Positions 28,675-38,737 are shown, counted from the stretch's first letter. The stretch is 64,000 nucleotides of DNA from Sedimentisphaerales bacterium (GCA_963708075.1 OY970194.1:3712001-3776000), one strand, 5' to 3'. The notes: generated from the sequence alone by a model not told the origin. A program made the numbers and translations.

Positions 28675-30774
28675 TTACCAAATCCAAATGAAAACCACAA
28701 CAACGCATGCCCCGGCGGTGGTCAGGCCCAGGATATAATTGCGGACCCGCCCTGTCTGGCCCTTGCGGGCTATATTTCCGCCGACGAGGGCTGCCCCGGC
28801 GACGCCGTTGACTAAGCCATCGACGCCGCGATTGTCCAGGGTCAGACCGCTGAAGAACGCCGTCCGTGCCACCCAGCGGGCCGAGCCATCGGCCAGACCA
28901 TCCAGAACCACGCGGTCGAACCATTTCCCGAATGCCGCCAGTTGCAGGACGCCGGCGACAAATGTCGCGCGATACAACTCATCAAAATAGAACTTGTTCA
29001 AGAGCAGCTTGTGCACAGGAGCCAAGGTCTGTGCTGCTTTCGCCGGAGAGATCAGCCCCTTGCTATAGGTGAGCCAAGCCAGAATCACGCCGAGGAGCAT
29101 AGCGGCGGTGGCGATGATTGTCGCGGCCGTGTGAAAACCATGTTCCGCATGCGCCGACTCTTCTGCCGAATGAGCGGCCCCGCTCGCCTCAACAGGGTCG
29201 TGCGAGGACGCACGACCTGCTTCCTGCATCTGCCAACTCACCGCCCACGTGGGCTGAGCTTCTGCGATAAGACCAATCAGGCCTCGGCCGCCTTCGTATT
29301 CGTACCGGCCTTCACCAAGCGCATGGCGTTCCGGGGCGCGTCCGAACCAACCGACGCAGATCGACAAGACCGCCAGCACTGCCAAGGGCACCCACATCAC
29401 CCGCGGCGACTCGTGAGCATGCTCGTGAATGTGCTCGTCGCGAGCTGTCGTGCGGAACGTCAGCAGGTACAGCCGCAACATGTAGAATGCTGTGATTGCC
29501 GCCGCCACCGTAGGCAGGGCAAACAGCACCCAGTGGATCCTATGGCTCCAGGCAAAACCAAGAGCGGAGGCCAGGATGGCATCCTTGGAATAAAAGCCGC
29601 TCAGCAGCGGGACGCCGGCGATGGCCAGCGTGCCGACGAGAAACGTGATGCTGGTGTACGGCATCTTCCCGTGCAACTGACCCATCTTGCGGATGTCCTG
29701 CTCCCCGTGGCAGCCGTGAATGACGCTGCCGGACCCGAGAAACAGCAGAGCCTTGAAGCAGGCGTGAGTGATCAGGTGGAACAGCCCCGCCACCCAGCCG
29801 CCGACGCCGAGTGCGAGGATCATGTAGCCCAACTGGCTGATCGTCGAATAGGCCAGGACCCGCTTGATATCGGTCATGACAATGGCGATGAGCGCGCTGC
29901 CGATCAAGGTGATCCCACCGATGTACGCCACGAACAGCAGCGCGGATGGCGTCAGGATGGGAAAGATACGTCCGACCAGGTACACGCCGGCGGCCACCAT
30001 TGTTGCCGCGTGGATCAAGGCGCTGACCGGCGTCGGTCCTTCCATCGCGTCGGGCAGCCAGACGTGCAGGGGGAACTGTGCGCTTTTGCCGATAGCGCCG
30101 AAGAACAGGCAAATCCCCGCGAACGTCAGGAGCGTGCCGTGTCCAGCAAACGCCCCCTGCCGCACCTGATTGAAGACGCCTTCCAGGGTGACCTGGCCCG
30201 TCATGCTCAGCATCGTGGCGATGCCGATGAGGAACAGGAAGTCGCCCACGCGGTTGACGATGAACGCCTTCTTCGCCGCGTTGGAGGCCGAGGTCTTTTC
30301 AAACCAGAACCCGATGAGGAAGTAGCTGCACAGGCCCACCAGTTCCCAGAAAACGAACAGGCCGATCAGGGAGTCGGCCAGGACCAGTCCCAACATGGAG
30401 AAGGCAAAGAGGCACAGGTACGTGAAGAACCGCGGGAAGCGCGGGTCGCCGTGCATGTAGCCGATGCTGTAGATGAAGATGCAACTGGCCACGACGGTGA
30501 CCATCGTGAACATGACGATGGTCAGGCTGTCGATGTGCACGCCGAAGTTGACCACCTGGGTACCGATGGTGAGCCAGCGAACCGAGGCGTTCAGGCTGTC
30601 GGGATGTCCCACGATCCAGCGGATGGAGCAGACCAGCGAGATGGCGGCCGCGGTGAGCATCAGTCCCGCCGCCAAGTAGCCGCTGCGAGGCTCGCCGATG
30701 CGACGGCCCCGAAAGACCAGCGTCACGAAACCCGCCAGGGGCAGCAACCAGGCAATGATGAATGCATACTGCAT
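28675..30774 (-). CDS. nuoL: Complex I-like subunit L
   Basis: KSAQFPLHVWLPDAMEGPTPVSALIHAATMV, HLITHACFKALLFL, GFYSKDAIL. Confidence 0.96.
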   Translation of the reverse strand: MQYAFIIAWLLPLAGFVTLVFRGRRIGEPRSGYLAAGLMLTAAAISLVCSIRWIVGHPDSLNASVRWLTIGTQVVNFGVHIDSLTIVMFTMVTVVASCIFIYSIGYMHGDPRFPRFFTYLCLFAFSMLGLVLADSLIGLFVFWELVGLCSYFLIGFWFEKTSASNAAKKAFIVNRVGDFLFLIGIATMLSMTGQVTLEGVFNQVRQGAFAGHGTLLTFAGICLFFGAIGKSAQFPLHVWLPDAMEGPTPVSALIHAATMVAAGVYLVGRIFPILTPSALLFVAYIGGITLIGSALIAIVMTDIKRVLAYSTISQLGYMILALGVGGWVAGLFHLITHACFKALLFLGSGSVIHGCHGEQDIRKMGQLHGKMPYTSITFLVGTLAIAGVPLLSGFYSKDAILASALGFAWSHRIHWVLFALPTVAAAITAFYMLRLYLLTFRTTARDEHIHEHAHESPRVMWVPLAVLAVLSICVGWFGRAPERHALGEGRYEYEGGRGLIGLIAEAQPTWAVSWQMQEAGRASSHDPVEASGAAHSAEESAHAEHGFHTAATIIATAAMLLGVILAWLTYSKGLISPAKAAQTLAPVHKLLLNKFYFDELYRATFVAGVLQLAAFGKWFDRVVLDGLADGSARWVARTAFFSGLTLDNRGVDGLVNGVAGAALVGGNIARKGQTGRVRNYILGLTTAGACVVVVFIWIW

Positions 30775-30789
30775 AGAGGTCCCCGGGTC

Positions 30790-31095
30790 TTATCCTTTCA
30801 ACTGGTCGCCCTGGTCGATATCGACTGTGGCGATCGTATGATAGAAGTTCAGGAAAATGGCCAGTGCCACGACGGCTTCAGCCGCCGCCAGAACGATGAC
30901 GAACAGGGCCGCCGTCTGGCCCGACAGGGCGCCGACTCCGTGACGGCTGAACGCCACGAGGTTCAGCGCGGCCGCGTTCAGAATGAACTCCACGCCGATC
31001 AGCATGGCGATGGCGTTACGCTTGCTGATGATGATCGCGATGCCCAGCACCAGCAGAATCGCCGAAAGAATCAGGTACGGTGTTAGCCCTATCAT
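30790..31095 (-). CDS. nuoK: Complex I-like subunit K
   Basis: GVEFILNAAALN, LAAAEAVVALAI. Confidence 0.95.
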   Translation of the reverse strand: MIGLTPYLILSAILLVLGIAIIISKRNAIAMLIGVEFILNAAALNLVAFSRHGVGALSGQTAALFVIVLAAAEAVVALAIFLNFYHTIATVDIDQGDQLKG

Positions 31096-31622
31096 GATGG
31101 CGTTGTCCCCTTCTTCTGCTGAGCTCCCAGCACCGGTATCTTCGGCCGCGCGAGATAAGCCGCTCCCAGTAGCGCCACAAGCAGCAAGACCGAGACCAGT
31201 TCAAATGGGCCGAGAAACTCACCCAATAAGCTGTGGCCGATATCCGCTATAGAGTTCCCAGCCACAAGCTCGCTCTGTGCCAGCCGGACACGCAGGATGC
31301 TCAGGATCAATCCGACGAGAAGCACCGCTACGACGATGGTCAACCAGAGGGCCTCGAATCGCCCCGGCCGCAGTCTTGGGGCCTGTTGCCGGCTGGTCAG
31401 CATGACGCCGAAGACCATCAGCACCGCCACGCCCCCGACATACACAAGAATCTGAATCACGCCGAGGAAATACGCGCCCATGAGGAAATACAGGCCCGCC
31501 ACCGAAATCAGCATGGCGATGAGCCAGTACGCCATCCGCACGATGTTCGTGCTCAGCAGAATCGCCAAGCCGGCGGCCACGGCCACTGTTGCAAAGAGGA
31601 AGAATATTACAGTCTCGAGCAT
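31092..31622 (-). CDS. nuoJ: Complex I-like subunit J
   Basis: IQILVYVGGVAVLMVFGVML, PFELVSVLLL. Confidence 0.95.
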   Translation of the reverse strand: MLETVIFFLFATVAVAAGLAILLSTNIVRMAYWLIAMLISVAGLYFLMGAYFLGVIQILVYVGGVAVLMVFGVMLTSRQQAPRLRPGRFEALWLTIVVAVLLVGLILSILRVRLAQSELVAGNSIADIGHSLLGEFLGPFELVSVLLLVALLGAAYLARPKIPVLGAQQKKGTTPS

Positions 31623-31628
31623 TACCCG

Positions 31629-32960
31629 TTACGCTCCCGGTAGATGTTTGCGGGCCATCTGCCCAACTAATCGATCACGGTTGTAGTAGCCGTAGCCCAT
31701 TCCGGCGAAGTACAGACCCAACAAGACCAAACCAAGAATGCCAAGAATGCCATGGACTGCGCCGGCAAACGCATTGAAAGCCGGATGGGCCGAATTGTCG
31801 TACAACTGCCACAGGCTGCTGCCGAGGAACAGGAGCAACGTAAACGGCAGCAGGTACTTCACACAGGCGTGCATGACCTGGTCGATGCGAATACGCGGCA
31901 GGGTCCATCGGATCCACATCTGCACCCAGACCAGGAAGGTGCTCTTGAGCACAAACCACAGGGGGCTGCCCGGCCCGCCGACGGGCGAGTTCCAGCCGCC
32001 CAGGAAGATGATCGTCGCCAGTGCGGAGACGGCGAACATCGCGACATATTCAGCGAAGAAGAACATCACGAATCGAAAGCCGCTGTACTCCGTGTGGAAG
32101 CCGGCCACGAGCTCAGATTCCCCTTCCGGCAGGTCGAAAGGCGACCGCTTACAACTGGCCAGAGAGGCGATGTAGTACGTGAAAAAGGCTAGGAACAGAA
32201 ACGGATTCTGGAAGATCAGCCACGAGAACCAGCCGCCGGACTGCGCTTCGCCAAGTGTGATCAGGTTGACGGACCCGGTGGCAACGACCGCGGCCAGCAG
32301 GCTCAGGCCCATAGGAATCTCGTAGCTGACCAATTGGCAGCCTTCACGCATGGCGCCGTACAGGCTCCATTTGCTGTTGGAGGCCCAGCCGGCCATGATG
32401 ACACCCAACACTTCAATCGCCAGCATCGCCAGGACGAACAGCAGGCTGATATCCGTATCACGGAAGACCCACCCTACGCCGAAGGGCAAAGCCAGGTAGG
32501 CACAAAATGCCGGCACAAGCGCGACGTAGGGCGCGAGCCGAAACAGCGGCTGATCGGCGTCACGCGGGATGAGGTCCTCCTTCTGAACGAACTTCAGGCC
32601 GTCGGCCAGCGATTGCGCCCAGCCGTGCCAGTGGCCTGTACGCATCGGGCCCAGCCGCGATTGAATGCGGCCGGAGACTTTGCGCTCCCCCCAGATGCCG
32701 ATGATCGCCACGATGCACACGAAGCCCAGCAGGCCCACCACGACCACGAAGTCACGGATGAACCACGGCAGCAGCGGGTTGATGAAGCGCCCCACGATCC
32801 ACACAAAGAGCACCAGCGCCACTACGGCAGCGAAGAAGATGCCCCAGGCAAAACGCAACGCTAGGGATATGCCGGTCGGACCCCACTTCGTGGCAAGACG
32901 CACAATGGTCAGACTCAAACCTTTGTATTCCACCGGGGGCCGCTGGGGAACGTACATCAT
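31629..32960 (-). CDS. nuoH: Complex I-like subunit H, N-terminally extended
   Basis: ERKVSGRIQSRLGP, ADGLK..KED, SYEIP, RSPFDLPEGESELVAGFHTEYSG, RWTLPRIRIDQ. Confidence 0.95.
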   Translation of the reverse strand: MMYVPQRPPVEYKGLSLTIVRLATKWGPTGISLALRFAWGIFFAAVVALVLFVWIVGRFINPLLPWFIRDFVVVVGLLGFVCIVAIIGIWGERKVSGRIQSRLGPMRTGHWHGWAQSLADGLKFVQKEDLIPRDADQPLFRLAPYVALVPAFCAYLALPFGVGWVFRDTDISLLFVLAMLAIEVLGVIMAGWASNSKWSLYGAMREGCQLVSYEIPMGLSLLAAVVATGSVNLITLGEAQSGGWFSWLIFQNPFLFLAFFTYYIASLASCKRSPFDLPEGESELVAGFHTEYSGFRFVMFFFAEYVAMFAVSALATIIFLGGWNSPVGGPGSPLWFVLKSTFLVWVQMWIRWTLPRIRIDQVMHACVKYLLPFTLLLFLGSSLWQLYDNSAHPAFNAFAGAVHGILGILGLVLLGLYFAGMGYGYYNRDRLVGQMARKHLPGA

Positions 32961-34129
32961 CGGTCTACCTCGCCCATCACGATATCGATACTACCCAGCA
33001 ACGCGGAAATATCGGCCAGCAGGCAATTCGGGGCCAGCACCGGCAAGACAGAGAGATTGCAGAAGCTCGGCCCACGTATCTTCAGCCGGTAGGGACTTGT
33101 CCCGCCGTCGGAGACCAGATGGAAGCCCAGTTGCCCGCGCGGGTTCTCGACCTCGTAGTAGACCTCGCCGGCAGGCAGCTTCACGATGCGAGGCACCTTC
33201 GCCTGCACGGGACCATCGGTGAGCTTGTCCAATGCCTGGCGGACGATCCGCACCGACTGGACCATTTCCAGAACGCGGACGAAGTACCGGTCCCAGCAAT
33301 CTCCAAGTGTCCCGTTTTGGCCCCGGCCCACAGGGACGTCGAACTCAAATTCGTTGTAGCGGCAGTACGGCGTGGCCTTTCGCAGGTCCCAGGCGAGGCC
33401 GCTGCCCCGCAGGCACGGCCCGGTCAAACCGTAGGCGACCGCCAGGTCCGCCGGACAGACGCCCACGTTGCCCGTGCGATTGATGAAGATATGGTTATAG
33501 CTCAGCAGGTTGTTGTACTCTGCGATCTTCGGCTCGAAGTAATCGAGGAACTCCCGGCACTGCTTGATCCAGCCCTCCGGCAGGTCCTCGCGCACCCCGC
33601 CGATGGTGAGATAGGAGTAGGTCAGACGCGCCCCGCAGGCCGCCTCGAACAGGTCCATGATCCATTCCCGCTCGCGGAAGCAGTACACCAAGGGCGTGAA
33701 CGCGCCCATGTCCAGGCCGTAGGAGCCGGTGGCCATCAGGTGTGAGGCGATGCGATTCAGCTCCGCGAAGATCACCCGCAGGTAATCCGCACGCGGCGGC
33801 ACCTCGATTCCGCCCAGCTTCTCCACCGCCAGGGCAAAGCCCAGGTTGTTGTTCATGGCGGCCAGGTAGTCCAGACGGTCGGTATAAGGCGTGAACTGGC
33901 GATACGTGACCTTTTCCGCGATTTTTTCAGCACTGCGGTGGAGGTATCCGATGTACGGCGTGGCCTTCAGGACCAGCTCCCCGTCGGTCTGCAGAACCAC
34001 CCGCAACACGCCGTGCGTGCTCGGGTGCTGCGGACCCATGTTCAGCATCAATTCCTCGGTGCGAATGTCCGAAGGAACTTCGCCGTCATGGAGCAGGTCT
34101 GGCTGACTTTGCAGTTCGATTTCTTTCAT
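32957..34129 (-). CDS. nuoD: Complex I-like subunit D
   Basis: NMGPQHPSTHGVLR, GYLHRSAEK, DRLDY, C-terminal DIVMGEVDR; no NiFe CxxC pairs. Confidence 0.96.
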   Translation of the reverse strand: MKEIELQSQPDLLHDGEVPSDIRTEELMLNMGPQHPSTHGVLRVVLQTDGELVLKATPYIGYLHRSAEKIAEKVTYRQFTPYTDRLDYLAAMNNNLGFALAVEKLGGIEVPPRADYLRVIFAELNRIASHLMATGSYGLDMGAFTPLVYCFREREWIMDLFEAACGARLTYSYLTIGGVREDLPEGWIKQCREFLDYFEPKIAEYNNLLSYNHIFINRTGNVGVCPADLAVAYGLTGPCLRGSGLAWDLRKATPYCRYNEFEFDVPVGRGQNGTLGDCWDRYFVRVLEMVQSVRIVRQALDKLTDGPVQAKVPRIVKLPAGEVYYEVENPRGQLGFHLVSDGGTSPYRLKIRGPSFCNLSVLPVLAPNCLLADISALLGSIDIVMGEVDR

Positions 34130-34605
34130 GGGTTGAACTTCAGCCCCTTATATTCGACCACGTTCTCGTAATCCTTGCGGAGCGGATGGCCGGGCCAGTC
34201 CTCCGGCATGAGGATTCGGCGAAGGTCCGGATGATGGAGGAACGTGACTCCCATGAGATCGAAGGCTTCACGCTCGTGCCACTGGGCCGCCGGCCAGATG
34301 CCGCCGACGGATTCCACCTGCGGGTTCGCCCGATCCAGCACGACCTTGACCGCGAAGGCATGAGCAAGCGATGTCGAGATCAGGTCGTATACGACCTCAA
34401 TGCTGTTCTTCGCGGGCCAGTCGATGGCGGAAATGCACCGCAAGAGGTCGAATCGCAGCCGAGGCTCGGACTTCAGGAAGCCGGCGACCGCGGTGAGCCG
34501 ATCAGCCTTGACTACAACGTGCGGATATGTTCCATCGGCGATCGCCGAGACAACGCTCTCCGCATCATGCTGCTTCAAGACTTCAATGATTTCAGATGGA
34601 GTCAT
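34126..34605 (-). CDS. nuoC: Complex I-like subunit C
   Basis: WHEREAFDLMGV.F.HHPDLRRILMPEDWPGHPLRKD. Confidence 0.95.
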   Translation of the reverse strand: MTPSEIIEVLKQHDAESVVSAIADGTYPHVVVKADRLTAVAGFLKSEPRLRFDLLRCISAIDWPAKNSIEVVYDLISTSLAHAFAVKVVLDRANPQVESVGGIWPAAQWHEREAFDLMGVTFLHHPDLRRILMPEDWPGHPLRKDYENVVEYKGLKFNP

Positions 34606-34608
34606 CGT

Positions 34609-35100
34609 TTATTGTTTCTGTTTCGCAATGGTGCGTGTGCTGATCTTGTCCTGTAAACGCATGAGGCCTTCGAGCAGTGCCTCCGGCCGGGGCGGACAAC
34701 CGGGAATATACACATCGACCGGGACAACCTGGTCCACGCCTTTGACCACGTGGTAGGCGTGCAGGTGATAGGGCCCGCCGCTGATGGCACAAGCGCCCAT
34801 GGCAATGACAAAGCGGGGCTCGGCCATCTGCTCCCAGAGCCGGCGGAGACGCTCGGCCATTTTGAAAGTCACGGTGCCCGCGACGATCATCAGGTCCGCC
34901 TGCCGCGGTGTGGCCCGGAAGGCCCCGGAGCCGAAGCGGTCGATATCGAAGCGGCTGGCGCCCGTGGCGATCATCTCGATCGCGCAGCAGGCGATCCCGA
35001 ACGTCATCGGAAAGATGGAGCGTTTCCGCGACCAGTTCAGGACCCAGTCAACGCTGGTCACGATCAAGCCCGGCTCGAATATGCCTTCAATCAGTGCCAT
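34609..35100 (-). CDS. nuoB: Complex I-like subunit B
   Basis: [35 protein letters not shown]. Confidence 0.96.
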   Translation of the reverse strand: MALIEGIFEPGLIVTSVDWVLNWSRKRSIFPMTFGIACCAIEMIATGASRFDIDRFGSGAFRATPRQADLMIVAGTVTFKMAERLRRLWEQMAEPRFVIAMGACAISGGPYHLHAYHVVKGVDQVVPVDVYIPGCPPRPEALLEGLMRLQDKISTRTIAKQKQ

Positions 35101-35110
35101 TGCTACCCTA

Positions 35111-35197
35111 TTGATTAAGGATTATTGACTATTGATGATGGATGAACGACGATTCAGTCCGCCTCTTCCACTTCCAATCATCAATAATCCATCATCC
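35111..35197. repeat. Inverted pair of heptamer arrays between nuoA and nuoB, overlapping the nuoA stop
   Basis: gattaag-gattatt-gactatt-gatgatg-gatgaac ... caatcat-caataat-ccatcat. Confidence 0.78.
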
Positions 35198-35611
35198 TTT
35201 ACCAATCCTTTCATTCGTTGGCGAGGCGGCCCGCACCCAATCCAGGTAGCCAAACCGCCACAGATAAGCAAAACCGACGAAAATCAGACCCAGGAAGAAC
35301 ACCATGGACCAGAAGGCCGCGGAACCCAGGCCCTGCGCGATATAATCCTTGTACACCACGGCCCACGGATACAAGAGAGCGATTTCCACGTCGAACACGA
35401 CGAAGACGAGGGCTACGACGTAGAACCGCAGGTCGAACTGCACCCAGGCGGGCCCGATGGTCGGCTCGCCGCACTCGTAAATCTCGCCCTTGAGCCCGCC
35501 CGGATTCCTCGGCCGAAGCAGTTTGCCCAGGAGCAACGCTCCAAGTCCCAGCGCCGTGCCAACGCCCGCGAAAAGCAGCACTTCAATGGCAAAACGCGTA
35601 GATTCGGTCAT
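35192..35611 (-). CDS. nuoA: Complex I-like subunit A
   Basis: YECGE, FYVVALVFVVFDVEIALLYPWA. Confidence 0.95.
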   Translation of the reverse strand: MTESTRFAIEVLLFAGVGTALGLGALLLGKLLRPRNPGGLKGEIYECGEPTIGPAWVQFDLRFYVVALVFVVFDVEIALLYPWAVVYKDYIAQGLGSAAFWSMVFFLGLIFVGFAYLWRFGYLDWVRAASPTNERIGKG

Positions 35612-36225
35612 GCCGTTCCTTCCTTCGGTGCCGCCGCCTGCTTGGCAAGTTCGGCACAGTACTGCGGATCATCCGCCTTTGCCATCCACTCCCACTTGTC
35701 CCGATCGAGGTTCCGCCAGGTATCACGTGTCCGGGCCGCCCATGCGGGCAGGTTCGACTTCGTCAGCCAGATCGGCTCGATGGTCCGCCTGCCCTGCTTG
35801 CCCAATTTAACGAAATCAACCACCAACTCCTCCCGGCGATAGCACGAATCGTCGTGGATCGACCCCATCTTGAGGCATTGCGTAGGACAGACCTCGGTGC
35901 ACAGCCCGCAGAACAGGCAGGTGCTGTAGTCAATATTGTACTGGGTCATCGCCCCGCCGACGGCAATGTCGCGAGTCTTGTCGATCTTCCTCGGCCCGCT
36001 CTTGCCAACACTGATACAGGCCGCAGGACAGGCTTTGGCGCAGGCCTCACAGGCAATGCACCGCTCGATCTGGTAGCTGTGAAAGCCTCGGTAGCGGGGT
36101 TGCAGGGTCGGCTCGACATCGGGGTACTGTACGACCACCGTGCGGGCAAAGTGATACGGCAACGTCACTCTCAGCCCGGCGGCAACGGTCCGGACCGCCT
36201 GAACTATGTTCCTGAAGTACTGCAT
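35608..36225 (-). CDS. nuoI: Complex I-like subunit I (2x[4Fe-4S]), first gene of the operon
   Basis: QYPD, RYRGFH, CIACEACAKACP, CLFCGLCTEVCP; stop overlaps nuoA start. Confidence 0.9.
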   Translation of the reverse strand: MQYFRNIVQAVRTVAAGLRVTLPYHFARTVVVQYPDVEPTLQPRYRGFHSYQIERCIACEACAKACPAACISVGKSGPRKIDKTRDIAVGGAMTQYNIDYSTCLFCGLCTEVCPTQCLKMGSIHDDSCYRREELVVDFVKLGKQGRRTIEPIWLTKSNLPAWAARTRDTWRNLDRDKWEWMAKADDPQYCAELAKQAAAPKEGTA

Positions 36226-36305
36226 GGGCCCCTTGCATTCACGAATTACAATTTATGGGCTGCTTCTTATACCGCGCCGGTCCCGCGACAACAAGAGTTT
36301 TCTTA

Positions 36306-36372
36306 GATTTACGAATCACCATTTACGATTTAGGATTCAGGCGAAGCCGGCGTGAATGATAATTTGTGAATC
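36306..36372. repeat. Inverted pair of heptamer arrays upstream of nuoI, abutting the stop of the PPC gene
   Basis: gatttac-gaatcac-catttac-gatttag-gattcag ... gtgaatg-ataattt-gtgaatc. Confidence 0.7.
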
Positions 36373-38722
36373 ACGGCACAATTTCGAAGGGAACAGCGGG
36401 CAATACGGCAAGGGCGATCCGAGGCCTGTTGGCCTGCGATTTCTGCTTTTCGGGGGCTGGAGAGCTCACGGGGAAGGCATGGATGATCAGGTTGCCTTTC
36501 AGGCCCACCTTGGCTTTTGCAGCGTCACTGCGCAGCACGATATCCGCGCCCTGGCCGGTACGGGGAGATTTCAAACCCGCCCCAACGACTTTCTCAATCG
36601 TGATCCCTTCCGGCGGCTCGCTCAACTCAAGCTGGACCCTGCCTGTCAGGGCGGTTGCCGGCGCTGCGACTCGCACCCGGACAGTTCCGCCGGCGGGGAT
36701 TCTGATGGGAGTATTGCTGAGGATTTTCACCGGCGCCTTGGTCATGAAGCGTCCTGAGATGGCCACTCGGAGTTCCCTGGCGGGAACGAGATGGCGATAG
36801 AAGAACGCCTGCATCATGTCCTCCGCCGGCACGACCGGATGGACAATCTCACGGCCGTCAATCATGGCACGGCCTTCCAGCGAAACGCTCAACGGCTCCT
36901 GCGTAGGCGTCGGCGGGACCGTCAACGTCACCTGTACCTTATCCTGACCGGACGGCACCCAACTGCCACTTAAGATCACGTCGGCCGGCGCGTCCTTCAA
37001 AGCAAGCGCGATATCGCCGGCGAAACCGTCCTTGCGGAGGGCGTAGACGGTCAGAGGAACACTTGTCCCGCCTCGGACATTGATGCTGGCCGGCACAATT
37101 CGCAACTCAAAGTCCGGTCGCGGCGGTCCTGTGCGCAGGCGGTAGCCATACTCCGCCCCACCTTTGTTCTGGGCGTCAGCCAGGTGAAGATAGTACGTTC
37201 CATCCGCGGGCAACGTGGCACGCAGATAGGAATCGGCGTGGTGCGTGGTCAGCCCGGCCCCTTTGTCCTCCTGGTCGTCACTGGCGGCCAGTTGCCGCCC
37301 GGAGGAATCGGTCAGCTTGAGCATTGAATCCATCGGAGAATTCAGACGGCGAGCATACACTTCCGCCACGATCTCACTGCCGGCATGCCCCTCGAAACTG
37401 AACACATCCCTATCGCCGCCCTTGTCGATGTGCCCGTTGATGATCGCCGGCGTCGTGACCGGCTGAGCCTTCTGCGATTGGTCGTTTGATTCCCGCTCCA
37501 GGCACTCGGGCAGCGTGTCCACGGCGAACGGCACGAGATTGGACACCCATTCATCTCTGCCCACAGAAAGCTGATGGATTCCGACTTCAGCATCTCCAAA
37601 GCCGGGCGTCAGCGTCTTCGTGGGGAGATTCCAGCCCCGCAACTCGATTTCAGTCGGGGTCCCCGCCCGGCCGCCAAGCGGGAAGATACTCGTCACAAAG
37701 GGCAGCTCGCCCACCGTGATACGATAGACAAAATCCTCCCGGCCGCGATAGATGGAGTCCTTGATCTCGATCACGTACTCCCCGTCCGCAGGGATTTCGT
37801 AGAAGAGCACGGGATCAGGATTGAAACGATAGTCGTCGTCGTAGGCCAGCTCTTTCCCGCTATTGTCGTACAGTGCCAGCGTGGCCTGGAACCAGCCGGG
37901 GACAGCATCCGGCATATATGGGATCAATTCGCGAGCGCGGGCGGCGACGACAATCCGCTGGCCCTTTTGCGCCGTGAATCGGAACTGGTCCACACCTCCG
38001 GGCAGAATCTGGCCATTCAGGACGGCCGGCAGTGTGACCTTCATCTCGGTCTTCGCCACTGCGGATTGCACCGCCCTGAAATTCTGTTGCGGTTCAGTGC
38101 TGCCTTGCGATTCTTTTTCGCTGAATTCCGGCAACTCGCCGACGTAGAAGGCCAGCGGGTTTGTCACACCCACCGCCGTCATCAACCTCAGCTCGTGCTG
38201 ACCGGGCCCGGCATCCGGCGCCATTGTCACCGTAAGTGTGACTCTTTCCGCAATCGCCGGATTGGCCTGCCTGTTGGGGCCGTTGAGCAGCTTCTTTCTG
38301 ATCTCCGCGACCATTTTCACATCCTCGGCCGTCCATTGCGGCGGCTTGTTCGGCTCTGTGGAAGAGGGCACGCGGTCCTGTCCTTCGCGCTTGTCATTTA
38401 CCCCTGTGCCCTTCGCCGGACTGCTGCCTTTCATTGCCGCCTGCCTCTTCTCCTGCAGCACCCTCAGCCTCTCCCTCAGATCGTTGAACTCCTTTTGAGT
38501 CAACGGCCTGGTGCGCTCGACCACCACAGCCTGAACGCCAGCGCCGGAGAAACATGCGTCGTGGACGCCGTCAAGGAACTGCCCGCCGACCACGATCTGG
38601 AACGTCGTGCCTCGCTGGCCGCCGGCAGGATAGACGTAACCGATGTGGGGCATGTTCTGCGCGTGTACAACCGTCGCAGTCACGAGAACAGTCGCCATAC
38701 ACAGAATCGCACGCCACAGCAT
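36371..38722 (-). CDS. PPC (pre-peptidase C-terminal-like) domain protein, planctomycete type
   Basis: GYVYPAGGQRGT, repeated NG.I...G.D.F.F, PLGGRAG, YRLR.GPPRPDF. Confidence 0.85.
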   Translation of the reverse strand: MLWRAILCMATVLVTATVVHAQNMPHIGYVYPAGGQRGTTFQIVVGGQFLDGVHDACFSGAGVQAVVVERTRPLTQKEFNDLRERLRVLQEKRQAAMKGSSPAKGTGVNDKREGQDRVPSSTEPNKPPQWTAEDVKMVAEIRKKLLNGPNRQANPAIAERVTLTVTMAPDAGPGQHELRLMTAVGVTNPLAFYVGELPEFSEKESQGSTEPQQNFRAVQSAVAKTEMKVTLPAVLNGQILPGGVDQFRFTAQKGQRIVVAARARELIPYMPDAVPGWFQATLALYDNSGKELAYDDDYRFNPDPVLFYEIPADGEYVIEIKDSIYRGREDFVYRITVGELPFVTSIFPLGGRAGTPTEIELRGWNLPTKTLTPGFGDAEVGIHQLSVGRDEWVSNLVPFAVDTLPECLERESNDQSQKAQPVTTPAIINGHIDKGGDRDVFSFEGHAGSEIVAEVYARRLNSPMDSMLKLTDSSGRQLAASDDQEDKGAGLTTHHADSYLRATLPADGTYYLHLADAQNKGGAEYGYRLRTGPPRPDFELRIVPASINVRGGTSVPLTVYALRKDGFAGDIALALKDAPADVILSGSWVPSGQDKVQVTLTVPPTPTQEPLSVSLEGRAMIDGREIVHPVVPAEDMMQAFFYRHLVPARELRVAISGRFMTKAPVKILSNTPIRIPAGGTVRVRVAAPATALTGRVQLELSEPPEGITIEKVVGAGLKSPRTGQGADIVLRSDAAKAKVGLKGNLIIHAFPVSSPAPEKQKSQANRPRIALAVLPAVPFEIVP
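36558..36586. repeat. Degenerate REP-like palindrome family A, in frame inside CDS (VGAGLKSPRT)
   Basis: Gene strand GTTGGGGCGGGTTTGAAATCTCCCCGTAC. Confidence 0.8.
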
Positions 38723-38737
38723 AAACCACTCCCCGGC

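Noticed and set aside
25788..31086. Long plus-strand ORFs (897 aa, 714 aa) opposite nuoN/M/L
   Set aside because: Antisense shadows of GC-rich genes with no recognisable motifs; the same applies to 489..2285, 2888..4501, 37574..39286, 55504..57372 and 61656..63497.
32957..35100. Group 4 [NiFe]-hydrogenase interpretation of the nuo-like cluster
   Set aside because: NuoD lacks both CxxC nickel-binding motifs and has the quinone-site features (HGVLR, DRLDY, GEVDR); NuoB has the tandem CC of complex I.
38358..38415. Possible decayed palindrome in a variable loop of the PPC protein (EGQDRVPSST)
   Set aside because: Pairing is weak and there is no second copy in the window.
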